Shown: positions 13,743-27,437 of the stretch, piece by piece
Position numbering within the stretch: position 1 is the stretch's first letter
Layout: each line of letters opens with the position of its first letter
Assembly (NCBI RefSeq): GCF_963921235.1
Contig: NC_086097.1
Coordinates: 80,726,001-80,790,000, forward strand
From: Mobula hypostoma
Lineage: Eukaryota
Reading direction: 5' to 3'
Length of the DNA: 64,000 bases
Program-made: the position numbers and the translations under genes
The notes under the pieces: model-generated
What the model was told of the DNA's origin: nothing
Seen by the model: only the letters and a program-made list of their open reading frames with translations
Database searches by the model: none

Positions 13743-14984
13743 CAGCGGTCCCCAACCACCGGGCCGCGGACCGGTACCGGGCGGCAAAGCATGCGCTACC
13801 AGGCCACGAGGATTTGGCGATAGGAGTCAGCTGCACCTTTCCTCATTCCCTGTCACGCTCACTGTTGAGCCATTACACACGCAAGGCCATTACCCGTGCG
13901 TCATCCATGTCAGCATAAGAAGGAGATTAACTCCTCGAGCTTGCAAATGACAGCGGGCTGAAAAGTATGTTTGACATAACATCTCTGGCGGCATTCTGGA
14001 TCAAAGTCAAGGCTGAATACCTGGAGATAGCCACGAAAGCACCGAAAACGTTGCTTCCAATGTATTTCTATGAAGCGGAGTTTTCTGCAATGAATGCAAC
14101 GAAAACTAAACTGAGGAATAGACTAGACAGAAGGAACCCCCTTCAAGTATCGCTGTCTCCCATCACCCCTCGATGGGGCCGTCTTGTTGCAGGGAAACAA
14201 GCCCAGGGCTCCCACTGATTCAGCGATATTGGTGTGTTGCAATGATTTTATATGTTCATAGGGGGAAAATATGCGCTGTGTGTTTAATATCCAAATCTTA
14301 CTTAAAATGTTATGATGCAATTGACTTATATAACCATATAACAATTACAGCATGGGAACAGGCGATCTCTGCCCTTCTGGTCCGTGCCGAACGCTACCCT
14401 CACCTAGTCCCACCGACCTGCACTCAGCCCATAATCCTCCATTCCTTTCCTGTCCATATACCTATCCAATTTTTCTTTAACTGATAATATCGAACCTGTT
14501 TCTGCCACTTCTACTGGAAGTTCGTTCAACACTTACTTCAAGCTCCCCTGTCCTCTCCTGATAACTGACTTATCACTATATTCATGCGAGGAAAATATGC
14601 GCTGTGTGTTTAATATTAAATTCGTTAGATAAACCCTTTTAGAAACGAAACTGAGTGTATTAGCCACTTATCACCTATATTTCGGTCGTGATTAACACAC
14701 CCCCCTCCTCCCCCGCCACCCGCCCCCCCCAATGAATAGAATCGCCAAAAACAATTTACAAGGAAAGAAATCGGCAGGCGCACGCATACGCAGGTTACGC
14801 ATGCGCACTGGTGCCCGCACAAGGCTTCATGGTCATTGTAGTCTTTCTCGGGGTAAACACAACGTATCTGACTGCTACTCTTGTCTGTTGGCAACCCTAC
14901 CCCACCCCCACCCGGTTGGCCGGTCCGCAAGAATACTGTCAATATTAAACCGGTCCACAATGCAAAAAAGGTTGGGGACCCCTG
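13743..14984 (+). mobile_element. Non-autonomous hAT (Charlie/Buster-like) transposon
   Basis: TIRs cagcggtccccaacc / ggttggggacccctg and 8-bp TSD ctcctgat/ctcttgat. Transposase C-terminus FWIKVKAEY...EFSAM..TKTKLRNRLD...AQGSH at 13967-14218. Confidence 0.92.
14327..14527 (-). mobile_element. CR1 3' fragment inside the hAT element
   Basis: Reverse-complement match to 8540-8740. Confidence 0.85.
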
Positions 14985-15292
14985 CTCTTGATCTTAGTTT
15001 TTAATTGTGTCAGTTGACAGCTTTGATCTGATCTTGGTGCAGGTTTGCATGGCCAACAATTAATTAATGGCACACAGGTGTATACAGCTCTGGTGCAACT
15101 GAAGTCAGGTCAATTTAACTTGAAGCTAAAGAAATGGTGGCAGTAGAAAATCACACCAAGATAGGCTGAATGCTGGACACTGCAGGTACTAGTGATCATC
15201 ACTGGGCCATTAATGTCTCTGTGCCTGAGTGACAGGAGTAATGTTGTGACTGGTGCAATGAGAGGAAGCTCAACATTGGGATAAATAGATAT

Positions 15293-17115
15293 CAGAATTG
15301 GAATGAGAATAAGGATTAGGTTCGTTATCACTGACATACATCATGTAATTTGTTGTTTTGTGGCAGCAATACAGTGCAAGACATAAAATTACTTTAAGTT
15401 ACAAAAATAAATAATAATAATAATAATAATAATGTGGTGTTCAAGGGCTCATGGCCCTCTTGTACCTCCTACCTGAAAAGCATCACCCATCATTAAAGAC
15501 CACCTACCATCCAGGCCATGCCCGTGTCTCACTGCTGCCATCAGGAAGGAGACAGAGGAAATTTCTTGGATCCTACACCACCAAGTTCAGGACCAGTTAT
15601 TACCCCCCCACCCCAACCATCGTGGTCCTGAAGCAGCAGAGTGGAAAATTTCATTCACACCAACACTGAATGGATTCTGTAATGTGTGCACTCACTTTCC
15701 AGGACTCTACAACTTATGGTCTCAGTATTATTTATTAATTAATTTTATATTATTATTATTATTATTATTAGTATTTTGTTTTTCTTTTTGTAATTGCACA
15801 ATTTATTGTCTTTTACACATTAATTGTTTGTGTGTAGTTTTTCATTGATTCTATTGGGTTTCTTTGTATATACTGTGAATGCCCACAAGAAAATAAATCC
15901 CGGGGGTATATATGGTAACATATACATACTTAGATAATAAATTTCCTTAGAACTTTGATGGTACTAATCAGAAGAGTGCAAGTCCTGGATGGTGATAGTC
16001 TTTAATGTTGAATAGTGCCTTCATCCTCTTGAGGATGTCCTCGATGGTGGGGAGGGTTATGCCCATGATGGAGCCGACTGATTCTACAACCCCCTGCAGC
16101 CTATTTTCATCCTGTGCATCAGAGTCACCATACCAGGTTGTGATGCAACCAGTCAGAATGCTCTCCACCATACATCTGTAGAATTTTGCAAGAGTCTGGT
16201 AACATGCCGAATCTCCTAAAACTCCTAATGAAGTATTGCCACTGTGTACCTTCTTCATGATTGCATCAATTTATTGGGCCCAAGATAGATCCTCCAAGAT
16301 GTTAGATTAGATTAGATTATGAGGACACGCAGTCCTCGTTTATTGTCATTTAGTAATGCATGCATTAAGAAATGATACAATGTTCCTCCAGAATGATATC
16401 ACAGAAACACAAGCCAAACCAATACTAAAAAAAACTGACAAAAACCACATAATTATAACATATAGTTACAACAGCACAAAGCAATACCATAATTTGATAA
16501 AGAACAGACCATGGGCATGGTAAAAAAAAAAGTCTCAAACTCTCTCGAAAGTCTGATCATCTCACGCAGACGGTAGAAGGGAGAAACTCTCCCTGCCATG
16601 AGCTTCCAGCACCGCAAATTTGCCGATGCAGCACCCTGGAAGCACTCGACCACAGCTGACTCTTGAGTCCGTCCAAAAACTTTGAGCCTCCGACCAGCCC
16701 TCAGACACCGAGTACCGAGCACCACCTCCACCGTGCACTTCAACCCTGGCCTCGGGAACAGGCAATAGGCAAAGCTGAGGAGTTGGGGCCTTCCCCTCCG
16801 GAGATTCTCGATCGCACAGTAGCAGCGGCAGCGAAGCGAGCATTTCAGAAGTTACTCCAGGTGTTCCTCCGTGCTTCTCACATCTGTCTCCATCAAATCA
16901 GGATTGTGCACTGCCCCTTTTTAACAAATACAATATCATTTCGAAGCGGCCGCGCGCGCTGTGTCACGCCACCATCTTCTCCTCCCCATCTTCTAACACC
17001 CAGGAACCTGAAAATGCTCATTCTTTCCACCACTAACTCCTCACTGAGGACTAATATGTGTTCTCCTGACTTTCCCTACCTGAAGTCCACAATCAATTAC
17101 CTGGTCTTGCTGACA
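15293..17115. mobile_element. Cluster of Rex1/Babar-like fragments (15293-15430 minus, 15450-15960 plus, 15968-16301 and 16995-17115 minus)
   Basis: FYRCMVESILTGCITTWYG motif and characteristic tails. (aat)n and (tat)n microsatellites are present. Confidence 0.8.
16302..16995 (-). mobile_element. Short non-autonomous retroelement (LINE-like 5' end plus (atcta)n tail), copy 1
   Basis: Homologous end to end with 26817-27437. Interrupts a Rex-like fragment. Confidence 0.8.
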
Positions 17116-17522
17116 CTACTACGGTCATGCCTGTTACTAGAGATTTCATAGCTGTTCTTAAATCAGTCATTTGCTATATAGGAAAATCTATTCACTAACT
17201 ACTCAAGCCTGCAATTAAGGTTGAAAAACTGCTGCTACTTGCCATGCTTTGAATGAAATGTTCACCTGAGGCCATGCAGGTCTGTAAAATAGTTATAAAT
17301 GATCCATTTGCTGGAGAGATCTTGCAGCCAAACTTCAATCTCTCTTGCGAGAGATAAACTACTTTACCTGATTAGTTATTGTAACACTGATATGAGATGT
17401 TGTTTAAAAATAATGGAGTTACCCATGTTGCTGAAGATAACACCCTGCAATTTAAAAAAAAGTTTAAAAATATCTGAATTATAAAATGCATGCACCATTA
17501 CAATAGTAGCAATCACAAGAAG

Positions 17523-17712
17523 AACAGACACAAAATGCTGGAGAAACTCAGCAGGTCAGGTTCCATCTACGCAGGGGACCCGATGAAGAGTCTTGGCCCA
17601 AAATGTTGACTGTTTATTCCTCTCCATAGATGTTGCTTGACCTGCTGAGTTCCTCCAGCATTTTGTGTGTGTTGCTCTGCATGTTCAGCATCTGTGGTTT
17701 TTCTTGTGTTTA
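17523..17712. mobile_element. Palindromic Penelope-derived mini-element with a degenerate hammerhead in the loop
   Basis: 17523-17569 is the reverse complement of about 17627-17673. The loop contains ccgatgaagagtcttggcccaaaatgttgactg. Confidence 0.8.
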
Positions 17713-19213
17713 TGATGTGCAATTATAAGTTCTTTCTCACAAAAACTACCTAGTTTCAACAATTCCACACGGAATCAGGAGGGAAGCTTCACATTCACAG
17801 ATGTGAGTTTATTCAGATTGCAGAATTATTCAGTATACTGCTCCTTCTGCTACTCTGATAGCATAACCACCAGTGCTGTGAAAATTAAAATCAGGGATGA
17901 TCAAGAGGTCAGAATTGGATGAACCCAGATATCTCAGAGGATGTAGAGTTGGAGTTGTTAACTCATATAAAGAGGAAAATGCAATTTGAAAATAAAGATG
18001 AAATTTTTAAAAAGCAAGTTTTGCTTAACTGGAAGTCAATCAATAAAATGTGAATTCCTGGTTTGGAACATGCTGCATGACTAATAGGGTAATGGGTAAT
18101 GGGACCTGGGACACTGAGAGCTGAGCTCTAAATGTATCTTAGGCAGTCTAGAATTCACTGTCTACTAATACTTCATACCATTGCTAAAACTTCTTTCCTT
18201 TCCCTCTACCTCCAGGGTTACTTTCTTTGAAATATTGTGTTTATTCCATAATTTTGTATTTTATAGCAAAAATAAAATAGACTGAAAAATAAACTGACTC
18301 AGCATTCTAATCTAGGAATACTTTTTGAATTCTGTGCCATAAATTAAAATGACAGATTAAATATCCCATTCCATGAAGAAATATCTCCTAAATTCCCAGT
18401 AACCCAATGACGAAAGTCATTTCATGAATTAAGAGGCAGCATTAAAAACATGAACAGTATAAACTAGTCCGGTATATTCCATTCTCCTCCTCCTTTCAGA
18501 GCCTCATAAATATTGCATATCAGAGCTCAAGGCAAAGCTCATTACATATTCTGCAAACTTTGAGCTTTGACAGCCTAAATAAATGAAAGGCAATCTATTG
18601 ATAGGAGCAATAACAAAATGCAACAGTTTGTTTCTGCTCTTAAATTTATCTTTAAGGTGGAATGCCGAAGGTTTCAGATGCTTGTTTAGATATGTCACAT
18701 ACTTCCTCCTGAATCAGACAGCTTTGAGTTCAAGCAGGCTTCTGGTAATTAAAGCATTTTATCCTGGGTCACCTGAGTATGGCACTCTGGTCTTGTCTCT
18801 TTGCTTGTTACTAATATAAAGTCTGAAGGTAAAGAGACATTTTTTAAAAATAATTAAAATGCAAGCTATTACACTTTAAAGAAATTAAGCCACGACAAAA
18901 CCTAATAAAAACATCAAAATAAAGTAGTAAAAATTTTGAAAAAACAACAACCGGACCTTTATCTTCTCCGCTTCCAGTTTGGGAACAGGGATTCCAATCC
19001 AAAATCAGGTCAGAAGACTGCCGCAAGGTATTAATAATCCAGCAATGGAGTAGAGTGATCCATTAACCAGGGTCTGTCACATAAATTATCCTAGTTGTCA
19101 GTCCTGAATGTTTACTTGTCAGCAACTGAATGTCAGCAGGTACACATCCAATTGTCTCGTTGATGTTCAAACCTCCACACAACTCAGTCATACTTTCAGA
19201 AGATTCAGTGTTA

Positions 19214-19806
19214 CCTGGCCACCCATTTCAATTCTACTTCCCATTCCCATTCCGACATGTTGGTCCATGACCCCCGCTACTGCTGCAATGAGGCCACAGT
19301 CAATTTGGAGGAGCAACACCTTATATTCCATTTGGGTAGCCTCCAAACTGCTTCCATGAACCTTGATTTCTTGAACTTCCGGTAATGGCACACCCCACCC
19401 CTTCACCATTCCCATTCTTGTTTCCCTCTCTCACCTTATCTCCTTGCATGTCCCATCACCTCCCGTTGGTCCTCTTCCCCCTTCCCTTGCTTACAGGATA
19501 TTCTATCCTCTCCTATCAGATTCCCCCTTCTCCTGCTCTTTGCTCTTTAACCTATCAGCTTCCCAGCCCTTTACTTCACCCTTCCCCCTCTCACGGTTCC
19601 ACCTATCACCTACCGCCTTGTACTTCTTCTTCCCATCCCCCACCTTCTAACTCTGACATCTCCTCTTCCTTTCCAATCCTGATGAAGGGTCTCATCCCAA
19701 AACATCAACCGTTTACTCTTTTCCATAGATGCTGCTTGGCCTGCTGACTTCCTCCAGTGTTTTGCACATGTTCCTTGAACTTCCAGCATCTGCAGATGTT
19801 TTCATC
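19214..19806 (+). mobile_element. Penelope-like element 3' end
   Basis: LEEQHLIFHLGSLQTASMNLDFLNFR*, with a hammerhead motif at 19674-19711. Confidence 0.88.
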
Positions 19807-19850
19807 TTTGACCACTATTTAGGTTGGATTGTTCTTCAGAGCAGAATACT

Positions 19851-22460
19851 GAACATTAGAACATTAAAAAGTTTTGTCAAGAACAGGCCATTCGGCCCAG
19901 CAAAGCTCTCCAAATTCCTATTCACATACAGGTGTCCCCCGCTTTTCGAATGTTCGCTTTATGAAACCTCAGTTTTACAAAAGACCTACATTAGTTACCT
20001 GTTTTCGCTAACAGAAGGTGTTTTCACTGTTACGAAAAAAGGCAGCATGTGATAAAAGGCAAGCTCCTCCCCTGGAACAGCATTCTCGCCAGCATTGCTT
20101 AAACACGTGCCTGTGAGCAGCCGTTAGCAAGATGAGTTCTAAGGTATCGGAAAAGCCTAAAAGAGCTCATAAGGGTGTTACACTTAGCGTAAAACTAGAC
20201 ATAATTAAGCGGTTCGATCGTGGTGAACGAAGTAAGGACAAAGTGGGGTTGGCTTGTGGAAGTTGACGAAGATAATGTTGAAGAGGTTTTGGCATTGCAT
20301 GACTAAGAACTGATAGATGAAGAGCTGATGCAACTGGAAGAGGAAAGGATAACAATCGAAACCAAATGCAGTACTGAACAGACGGAAAGTGAAGTCGTCC
20401 AGGAACTGAACATAAAGCAACTGCGTGAGATTTTCGCTGCAATTGACAACAATGATTGCAGAAAAGTACGACTTTAATTTTGAAAGGGTACGTAGATTTA
20501 GGGCAAATTTTCAGGATGGTTTCAGTGCTTACAAAGAACTGTATGATAAAAAAAATGCGCGAAGCTAAGCAGTCAAGCATACTGTCGTTTTTTCAAGCCT
20601 TCCACTTCAGCCACAGCAGACGACGAACCTCGACCTTCGACATTGAGGCAGGCAGACATAGAAGAAGGTGACCTGTCTGCCCTGATGGAAACAGACGACG
20701 ATGAGATTACACCCCAGTGTCCCACCATCCCAACCCCCGGGCCACGGACCGATACCTTGCCGCGGAGAGTGCAACGGTAGCCAGGACACACCCAACACAT
20801 CTTTAAGAAAAAAGCCGAAATAAACAAGTTAATTAATTAGGTGCCGCCCGATTGCGTCGCCTCTGATCTGGGCCGACATTTACATGCTGGACGGTACCTA
20901 ATTAATTAGCTTGTTTATTTCGGTTTTTCTCTTAAAGATGTGCTGGGTACGTCCCAGCTACCGCTGTACAGCTGCATGCTTCGCAGATCGGTATCGGTTG
21001 CTGCCCGGAGGTTGGGGACCACTGCACCACCCCAACCTCTGACAACTCAGCTTAACACACCATGATCAGTGTGCTCGCTGTCTTCCCGATTCCAGTAAGT
21101 GATACTACACTGTACATACATTATTTCTACTTTATATAGGCTGTGTATTTTTATGTGTTATTTGGTATGATTTGGCAGCTTCCTAGCTTAAAGGTTACTG
21201 AAGAGAGTGTTTTTGCCAACAGCGCTTGTGTGCGATTTTCTGCCGAGAGCGCTTGCGCCGTGTTTCTGCCAACAGCGCTTGCGTGAGATTTTTGCCACGG
21301 AAAACAGTGCCAGCAATGATTGTGGAAAAGTATTTCTACTTTATATAGGCTGTGTATTTATCATATCATTCCTGCTTTTACTATATGTTACTGCTATTTT
21401 AGGTTTTATGTGTCATTTGGCATGATTTGGTAGGTTATTTCTTTGGTCTGCGAATGCTCACAAATTTTTCCCATATAAATAAATGGTAATTGCTTCTTCA
21501 CTTTACAATGTTCCGGCTTACGAACCGTTTCATAGGAACGCTCTACTTCAGGATGGCGAGGGAAACCTGTAGTGTGTTGAAATAACTATTTGAGTTTAGA
21601 TTCAAACCTCTCTGAGGTACTACTCTCAATTACACAACTAGATTGTTTGTTCCCTGTGTCCACAACTTGCGTCAAGAAATGTTTCCTGATGTTAGTCTGA
21701 AAACTCCCTTCAACCGGTCTCCACCTATGGCCTCATATCCCTGATGATGGATTAATTTTGAAATAACATCTGGCATCCACCTTATTAAACCCTTCTATCA
21801 TCTCTCATTCTACATCTACTTAGGCTAAACTAAATTAAATCTTTTTACCCTGCAGACCTGGAATGAGTCTAGTCACCTTTCTCTGATCTCTGTCCAGTGC
21901 TTTCACATCTCTCACACAAAATGGAGACCAAAATTGCACACAGTACTTAAGATGTGGCCTCATAAGTGCGTTATACAGATCATACAGCTTAAGAAGAACA
22001 TCTCTAGACTTGAATTCCACAGAGCGCATTATATAGCTGAACATTCTATGAGCCTTCCTGATCACTTCTTGTGATAGTGATGAGAGTGATGAGTCTATCA
22101 GGATGCCCAAATCCTTCTCATACAGAGCACTCTCTAACTCAAGACCCCCCCTCCCCCGGTATATTTATATCTAGTATTTCTACTTCCTATATGTAATACT
22201 TTTACATTTAATTACATTAAATTTCATCTGCCCTTGATCTGTATTGATTCTGCTGCCTAATGTTATCAGCCCGACTCCTAATTTTGGGTCATTGGTAAAC
22301 TTCACTACCGTATTTTTTCTGTGTTTATCCAAATCATTAATGTGAATTAAAAACAACAGCGGCCCCAAAATTGATCCCTGTGGAACCCCACTTTTAACAT
22401 CTTCTCAGTGTGAAAATGATCCTCTCACCAGAACTCATTGCTTTCTGTTTTTGAACTGTT
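19851..22460 (-). mobile_element. Old CR1 3' fragment split by the Tigger insertion
   Basis: RPHLKYCVQFWSP and GPLLFLIHINDLD. The tail lies at 19851-19928. Confidence 0.85.
19929..21569 (+). mobile_element. Internally deleted Tigger/pogo DNA transposon
   Basis: TA TSDs with caggtgtccccc / gagggaaacctg ends. MSSKVSEKPKRAHKGVTLSVKLDIIKRFDRGE (HTH) starts at 20132 and joins an acidic C-terminal remnant. Confidence 0.88.
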
Positions 22461-23254
22461 AGAAACCAAAAGGCTTTCATCAAAATTTGAAAGGAAAATC
22501 TCCCTTCTTTGACCCAAATTAACATGAAGTAATCTAATGTGACCAAACTGTGCTCTGTATTCTTACTACTCTGTATTTAAAAACAAAAATTATCTTAATT
22601 GCATCAATTTTTGACTTGTGGGTATCAGGATAAAATGCTACTTTTGCAGCAACCTCATGATTGTCCGTTCTACTGCAAAACAATTTCTCTCTTTGAATGG
22701 TGCTATCTTTGAGAAGGTTACAATTATTCACTCTTTCTTATCTCCACGTTGAGGTCAGCTAATTTCTCTCCTGCTGGGAGGGAGATTGCAGATAATATTT
22801 TGCTCCTATACTCCATACTTGTCTGCACTGTTGACCGTCCATGAACTGCTTATTGAAGAAATGAGCAACAACCCGGCCACATGTATAATCCTTGTAATCT
22901 GTGTGTACCATTTGCAAACGATGGTGGAAACAATTTTGAAAAGTTAAATTTATCATCCTGACTAATTTGAAGTACTGATGCTTAATTTAACTTTATTTGG
23001 GATGGCAAACAGCAACAATTGGAATACTGCAGCGATCAGTTCTTGGGCTTCAGCTCTTCTCAAGAAATATTGATGAGAAAACCAAATAGTAATATTTCTA
23101 TGTTTATTAATAATGTGAAGCTGGTTGAGGCTGAGAGTTGTGTAGGGGCCTCAGGGAGATTTAGGCAAGTTGGATGATTGGGAAAAGAGGTGTTTCATCC
23201 ACATTATTCTGCATCTATCCACTTATCTGGTAGGCAACATAGAAAAATGCTCAA

Positions 23255-25420
23255 CATTCAAGGTAAGTTTATTATCAAAGTACATATATGTAACCATTTA
23301 CGACCCTAAGATTCATTTCATTGTGGGTATTCACAGCAAATACAAGAAACAAAATAGAATCAATGAAAGACCGCACCCAACATGACAGACAAACGGCTAA
23401 TATACAAAAGACAACAAGCTGTGTAAATACAAAAGAAAGAAAAAAGAGAAATAGTAATTATAAATAAATAAGCAATAAATATCAAGAACATGAGATGAAG
23501 AGTCCTTGAAAGTGAGTTTATAGGTTGTGGGAACAGTTCAGTGTTGGGACAAGTGAAGTTGAGTGAAGTTATCTGCTATGGTTCAAGCGCCTGATGGTTG
23601 AGGGGTAGTAATTGTTCCTGAACCTGGCGGTGTGGATTCTGAGGTTCCTGTACCTTCTTCCTGATGGCAGCAGTGAGAAGACAATATGCCTGAATAGTGG
23701 GTGTCCTTGATGATGGATGTTGCTTTCCTGCGACAATGCTCCAAGTAGTTATGCTCAGTGGTGGGGAGGGTTTTATCCATGATGGATTCGGCTGTATCCA
23801 GTACTTTTTGCAGTCCTTTCTGCTGAAGGAAATTGGTATTTCTATATGAAGCCATGATGCAACTAGTCAATATACTCTCCACCACACATCTATAGAAGTT
23901 TGTCAAAGTTTTAGATGACATGCTGAATGCACACAGACCTCTAAGAACGTTGTGGTACTGCCATGCTTTCATCATAACGGCATTTACCAAAGAATTACAA
24001 TTGTTGATCCACTCCACTCTGATCCCTGATGAGGACTGGCTCCTGGACTTCCAATTTCCTCCTCCTGACATCAATAATCAGCTCCTTTATCTTGCTGACA
24101 TTAAGTGAGAAGTTGTGGCACCACTGCCTGATTTTCAATCTCCCTCCTAAAAGCTGATTTTTCACCACCTTCGATTTGGCCCTTGGAGCTGTACTTAACC
24201 TCACAGTCATAAGTATAAAGTGAGTAGAGCAGTGCGCTAAGCACACAGCCTTGAGGTGCACCTGTACTGACACAGATTGTGGAGGAGGCCTATTGAAACT
24301 GACTGGAGTCTGTAAGTGAGGAAATCAAGGATCTAGTTACACAAGGAGGTATTGAGGCCTAGATCCTGAAGCTTATTGATTAGTTTTGAGAGAATAATTG
24401 TATTGATTGCTAAGATATAGTTGATGAAGGGCATCCTGATGTATGCATCGTCACTGTCTAGATGTCCTGGGGTTGAGTGAAGAGCCAATGAAATGGAATC
24501 TGCTGTAGACCTGGTGTGATGGTATGAAAATTGGGGAGGATACAAGTCTCTTCTTAGGCAGGAGTTGATATGCTTCATCACCAGCCTCTCAAAGTACTTC
24601 ATCATAGTGGAAGTAAGTGCTACTGGACAATAGTAATTAAGGCAGGTTACCACACAGTCTTTTTGGACACCAGAATACTTGAAGCCTGCTTGAATCAGGT
24701 GAGTACTCCAGACTGCTGAAGTGAGAAGTTAAAGATATCGGTGAACACGCCAGCCAGTTGATTAGCACAGGCCTTTAGTTTTCGACCAGGTATCCCGTTT
24801 GGGCCAAATGCTTTCCATGGGCTCACCTCCTGAAAGACGCTGTAACATCGACCTGGGAGATTTAAATCACACGGTCATCAGGGACTGTGGGAGCTTGTGA
24901 AGTGAGCACAGAAGGCATTGAGCTCCTCTGGGAGTGAAGCTTTACTGTCAGCTATGTCACTTGGTTTTACTTTATAGGAGGTGATAGCACTGAAGCCCTG
25001 CCACAGCTGTTGAGCATCATTCAGTGATTCCAGTTTGGCCCGTAATTGCCACTTTGCACATGAGATGGTGTTTGGGAGGTCTGACCTGGACTTTCTGTAT
25101 TTTACTTGGTTGACAGACATGAATGCCACTTATCTGGCCCTCAGCGGATTGTGGATCTCATGCTTCATCCAGGAGCATCGGTTGGGGAAAACTCTGAATG
25201 ACTTTATGGGGACACACTCGCCTGTGACTGCTTAATAAAGTCCGTGACAACCATGGTGCATTTGTTCAGATCCTCTAATGAATCCTTGAACACAGCCCAG
25301 TCCAATGACCTGAAGCAATACTATAGCCACTTCCTTGCCCTCTGTGACCACCTCACTGTTGTCCTTACCTCAGCAGCCTTGGTCTTTAGCTTCTGCCTAT
25401 ATGCGGGTTGGAGTAATTTT
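23255..25420 (-). mobile_element. Decayed Rex1/Babar-like LINE inserted in an older CR1
   Basis: YCPVALTSTMMKYFERLV and FYRCVVESILTSCI. Flanked by CR1 RT remnants at 23085-23190 and 25460-26125 (plus strand). Confidence 0.85.
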
Positions 25421-26816
25421 AAGTTATTTAAATAACTATCAACCCGGAAATGCTGATGTACAAAGTACATGCACACCACAGTCACTAAGCACAAACATGT
25501 AGATGTAGCAAGCAATTAAGACAAATGGAATGTTAGCCTTCACAGAAAAAAATATTTTCATACGGGAATAAGGAGTCTTGCCAAAATTTTGCAGGGTCTT
25601 TGCTATGCCTGGCCTTGGAGCACTGTGTGATGTTTTGGCTTCCTTATCCATGGAAGGATATACTGTACTTCCTAAAGAGGCACTGCAACTGACATTCACC
25701 AGTCAGACTCCTGAGATCGCAGGGCCGTCATATGAGAGACTGGGCTGTCAAGGCATGTATCCAGCAGAGGTTAGAAGGATGAAGGGAGATCTTATTGAAA
25801 TGAACAAAGTTCTAAAACGATGCAGAGAGATTGCTTTCGCAAGGCTAGTGGTCAAGAACCAGGGTTCACATCCCCGGGGTGTGCAGCAAGTCAAATTTCT
25901 TCTCTCAGAAGATGCACAGTACCTGTGTAATTCATATACAGAGATGGTTCTGGAGGCCATGTTGCTGAATGTACGTGAGGAGGAGATAAATAGATTACCA
26001 GACGGAAAAGCAATGAAGCGGTACGAGGGAGAGAAAAGAAAGAAGTTTTAGAAAGAGAGGATCAACCACATATTGAATGGTGAAGTAGGCTCAAGAGGCT
26101 AAATGGCTGATTCTTGTTCCTGTGTTTCTCAATCTTTGATGTCTTTCCTGAAGTGAAAAAAACTTCAATGCTGTCTCTCAACAATGTGTTGAATCCTGCA
26201 GAGGGAATAGAAAAGCTTAACTTAATGCCATGAGACTCCACATTCCTTTGTTTCACTATCAGCAACTAGCTCATTTCTCACACTCTGCTGCGTTGTGCAT
26301 GCCCTCAGCTTCATGTCACATCTGTGCCCATGGTCATGGATATGTTTCTTATTAATGCTGCTTGATGTTGCTAACAGAGCCTATAATCATGAATCATTAT
26401 TACAAAAGAAAAGGTCAATGATCATCGGTTAGCACAGAATTGTCAATTACCTTTGAAGTGAAAAGCTTCATAATATTCATACGCATGTCAGGGAACAGTT
26501 CACTGAATCTCTGCTGCTGATATTTCAATTTTGAACTGTAATTTCCAACCTTGCATCCCCATGCAAAATGAAAAGCAATAAGGAAGCCATCACATAAAAT
26601 TTTACCTAATTAACAATAAAGGTCACTCATTATGTTAAACTGGAACCGTGAAATGAACACAATTTGCAACACTCTTCAAGGAGCTGTGAACAATAAGAAC
26701 AACAGAAGAAATGTGAAAGGCAGCATTTGTTTTTGCAATTGCATCCTTTTAGTCAATTAAAAGGTGGAAATTATGAGTACTTCTAACTTCAGTGGTGTTC
26801 ACTGCTGCTCTGTATG

Positions 26817-27437
26817 GCGGGAGGAGAAGATGGCGGCGCGCCTGCGTGTGCACAGCCCTCTGGTGAAAAACGATATCGTATCTGTTAAATAGGGGCCGTG
26901 GACAATTCTAATTTGATAGAGAATGGACGTGGAAGCACTGAGGAACATCTGGAGAAATTTCTGAAACGCCCGTTTGCTGCTGTCGTTACTGTGTGGTCCG
27001 GAATTTTTCAGAGGGTAGGCCTCAAAATCCCCAGCCTTGCCTGCTTTTGGCAACCAAGAAGGAGGTTGAATCGTTTGGACAGCAATGGCACTCAGTGCTC
27101 GGTGTCGGAGAGCTGATCAGAGCTCGAAGTTTTCGGATGACTCGGAGTCGGATTGTGGTCGGCATGGCAGGGAGAGTTTTCTTCCTTCTCCCATCTGTGT
27201 GAGATGTGGGATATTTGAGAAACTTTGAACTTTACTGTGTTCATGGACTTCTTCATCGTCATGATATTGTGCACTGTTGTAACTATATGTCATAATTATG
27301 TGGTTTTGTCAGTTTTTCAGTCTTGGTCTGTCCTGTGTTTTGTGATATCACACCGGAGGAAATAATGTATCATTTCTTAATGCATGCATTACTAAATGAC
27401 AATAAAAGAGGACTGCGTGTCTTCATAATCTAATATA
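26817..27437 (+). mobile_element. Short non-autonomous retroelement, copy 2
   Basis: Starts gcgggaggagaagatggcggc and ends aataaaagaggactgcgtgtcttcataatctaat. 7-bp flanking repeat CTGTATG (26810-26816 / 27438-27444). Confidence 0.8.

Noticed and set aside
22759..22956. Short ORFs in unique sequence (also 2866-3231 and 9350-9616) as host exons
   Set aside because: No recognisable protein similarity and no convincing splice-site pairs.
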